DNA of 54,391 nt, the filler included, from Sphacelaria rigidula (Eukaryota), in NCBI GenBank assembly GCA_964200075.2. It is 3 parts of 3 records of this genome, joined end to end, with 100 filler letters (N's around TTAATTAATTAA, not from the genome) between each part and the next. Parts side by side here need not be neighbours in the genome. Positions count along the whole stretch, not along the records: positions 36,330 to 54,391 come from CAXNAA020000927.1; 2 more parts are not named here. One strand, 5' to 3'. Every line of letters starts with the position of its first letter. The stretch's first letter is position 1. Made by a program: the position numbers and the translations under genes. The notes beneath the pieces were generated by a model that worked only from the letters and a program-made list of their open reading frames with translations, searched no databases and was not told the origin of the DNA. Positions 51,961 through 54,391 of the stretch are shown piece after piece.

Positions 51961-52279
51961 AATCATGCCACTTTTGGTGCTGACGTCACGTCTTGGATTC
52001 GCCTCAGTCTTACTCTCCCCCCGTTTTTTCTCTCTTCTGCTGACATTTCCTTCAGTTTCTAGCGGTTCTTCACGAAGGAAATTACAGCCGTGACTTCCAT
52101 GCTTCCGTGACTTACACATGTGTCTGCGGTAGCATGTGTGTGACGCGTGGTTCTGGTGGGTCATGTTTCTTCTGCGGAGGGAGTTCCCGTCGGGGGAAGA
52201 GGATTTGAGGGATGGGTTGGGGAAGGTGTTGGGGGACACCTTTTCTGCCCAAACTACTGGATTTGGTTGTCGGCGCGGT

Positions 52280-53450
52280 TATATCAGACATTGACCGCCC
52301 TGATTAATGCAAGCTCACAGAACAGAACATCACTGAGATCTTTGCGCCTGTGTGAAACAAAACACCTGACGTCTCCCGCAATCGCTCATGACAAACCATG
52401 CTGTGGGCTTTGCGTGCCTCAGCCCCCCCACGTGGGGGAATGACCCATCAGACGAGTGTGGTATCAGTCAAACCCGGCCCACGAGCGTGACCAAGCGCAC
52501 ATCTGTGGCCACAGTTGAAGAATCATGGAAGCAGATGAGAACGCATCATCGGTAAACTCTGGCGTGAAAAACTGCCCGGGGTGGTGTGAACAAACTCCAT
52601 CAATTGAAGCCCAAAATGTATTTGTGTGTGAAGACCACATCCGCCTTGTGACGTCTGAAATTTTTCGGAATCTGTACCTCACAAGTTGCTTCCCATGCGT
52701 ATGATGAAAGTTTCATCGGACACACCCTTCGAAAAAGAATTCAAGTTAGCCACGGAAAGGAAATAAAATCTAGTATCCCCTCTCTGGTTCACTCCACTTT
52801 GGAACCGACTGTGGCATCGCTCAGTTTATTCCTACGAGCTGGGCCAGCTCTCGAACGGGTTCAAGCTGGAAAAGCAATATCTCACCGACACAGACGAGTT
52901 GGGCCATGATCGGCATATCGTATCAATCGTTCAAGGGGCAGGTGCCCATCTTCTTGAAATTTTGGTATTTTCTCGTTGATTGAACCCATGTCTAGAAATT
53001 TCTATTCCTGATGGAGATGGCTCCTATACTGAAATCTCCATGAGACCCCCGATCGATGTATTAAGCGGATGACAACGAATTTTGGTGTGGACATTCTGTG
53101 GAGCAAGGAGACACGACAGATATCTCCACCTTCACCTGATTCGTTATCTATCCCGAGATATGGTGCACGTACGTTCCTTTATTGAAATCAATTTATTATG
53201 AGCAGAGGTGTTGAATGCCCTGAATCTGTACCCATGGCTCAGTTTTGAAGAATTGTTCCATGAAATTTCGAGTGGTGAACCGCTAATGCATGGTGATGAG
53301 TTGAAACAGCTTGCTTCCTCTTCAATTCTTGGTTGAGTTTCGAGGAGAAATGTACACCGCTGTTGGGCCTTGTCTCAAAGTTAGCATGGAGGACCACAGG
53401 AGAGTGCCGTATATAAGAAATGGGCCTTCTTTTTTTGTTTTTCCATGAAG
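52280..53450 (-). mobile_element. Probable degraded hAT transposase remnant
   Basis: Frameshifted C-terminal peptides FWAS...LWPQM..., CHERL, VSHRRKDLSDVLFCELALIR resemble the hAT dimerisation domain (FW...P.L...SER.FS...RR..LS...E.L..L). Many stops; the upstream extent is uncertain. Confidence 0.4.
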
Positions 53451-53695
53451 GTTAGAGCGTTATCTTAAAAAAATGGTCCTTCCTGTTCCAAAACGCCCTC
53501 AACCAGTGGGAAAATGACTTGAAGAAAGAACGGACTACTGAGTTTCTTGAATGTGCGCGGAAGACGGCGCACACAAAATTTCAGTACCCAACAACCTAAC
53601 GTGGGCTGGTGAGTGGCCTACAATATACTGTTCCGAATTTCTACTGATCCGATCTCGACGGCGAACGCGTCAGGCGACACTGAAATTTGTGAACA

Positions 53696-53855
53696 TTGCA
53701 TGAAGCATAACGAAAAATCAGGAAGCACATGAAGGTGTTTTTTCGTGAGTTGGAGGCAAGAATCAGTTTTCAAGTTTTAGCCAATCGCCCTTGACTCACG
53801 AAAAACAAACAAAAACCTTCATGTGCTTTCCGATTTTTATTATGCCCTGTGCATT
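53696..53855. repeat. Imperfect inverted repeat (MITE core or transposon subterminal structure)
   Basis: aaaaatcaggaagcacatgaagg...ttttcgtgagt / actcacgaaaaa...ccttcatgtgctttccgattttt. Confidence 0.75.
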
Positions 53856-54248
53856 ATCCATACCGACTTTCAGGGTCTAACTCCAAATATTGCCCGGCGC
53901 ATTCGCCTGCAAACTTTCATGCAGCCTCGAGGCTGACGCAGCTCGTATTCCGAAGAAGAAACATTGGGCAACCCTCAGAGGGTACGAAGTTTGGTATCTA
54001 AGATGAAGTCGATCCCTGTTTATCTCCGTGGGAATGTCTCGCTCCCATATCTTGGGACCGGCTACTACTGGGGGACAATCCCTATGTCAACTCGTTGAAT
54101 TACGCCGATAGCGCGGCAATAACACAGGGGAAAAACGTATCCTGACATCCATTCGCCGGTCACTTGCATATTATAGTCTTCTCTTCATTCCTTTTATCAT
54201 GATTGCACATGTTGTCTCTTCTACTGTGGACGCCGCTCTACACCTTTC

Positions 54249-54391
54249 AACATCCGATCATCTACGTTGAGGATGGAGATTTATGAGGATGAGAACCCGG
54301 AGGATTAAAATCTTCATATCGACACTAAATCTTCGAAATATGGTTCCATTCCTTCACCTACTGGTAGCTAATTATGACTGTTATATGTCCT
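54249..54391. mobile_element. Foldback MITE family A, copy 3 (runs off the window end)
   Basis: High similarity to 351-500 (gaggatgagaacccggaggatt...gacactaaatcttcgaaatatgg...gtagctaattat). Confidence 0.85.

Noticed and set aside
51550-52239. 229-aa minus-strand ORF
   Set aside because: Antisense to the last RPS3A exon and intron, with no recognisable domain; a shadow ORF.

Overview
Intron-rich eukaryotic nuclear DNA, most likely a brown alga (Phaeophyceae, Ectocarpus-like), judged from intron density, splice signals and a brown-algal-type 5S rRNA copy. The window has three assembly gaps. I reconstructed three spliced genes by hand. (1) A codanin-1 (CDAN1) homologue, + strand, about 2262-15424, about 17 exons, retaining ASF1-binding B-domain-like motifs. 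(2) A minus-strand gene (exons found 36026 down to 19575) in which an exostosin/GT47 glycosyltransferase domain appears spliced in frame, via a 140-nt linker exon missed by the ORF track, to a Sulfotransfer_2 (HNK-1ST/CHST-type) domain whose PAPS-binding Lys and conserved His are substituted. (3) 40S ribosomal protein S3a (eS1), 8 exons, 45409-51960. Between the convergent 3' ends of genes 1 and 2 is a ~0.9-kb near-perfect foldback (arms ~400 bp, no indels), a candidate hairpin-RNA/miRNA locus. Introns and intergenic DNA carry a decayed LINE with a structured 5' region, a tRNA-derived SINE family, a 5S rRNA pseudogene, several MITEs (one Stowaway-like), a probable hAT remnant and a fixed-length 68-bp element that sits in G-tracts. 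All exon models and counts are manual and unverified by database search or RNA-seq.
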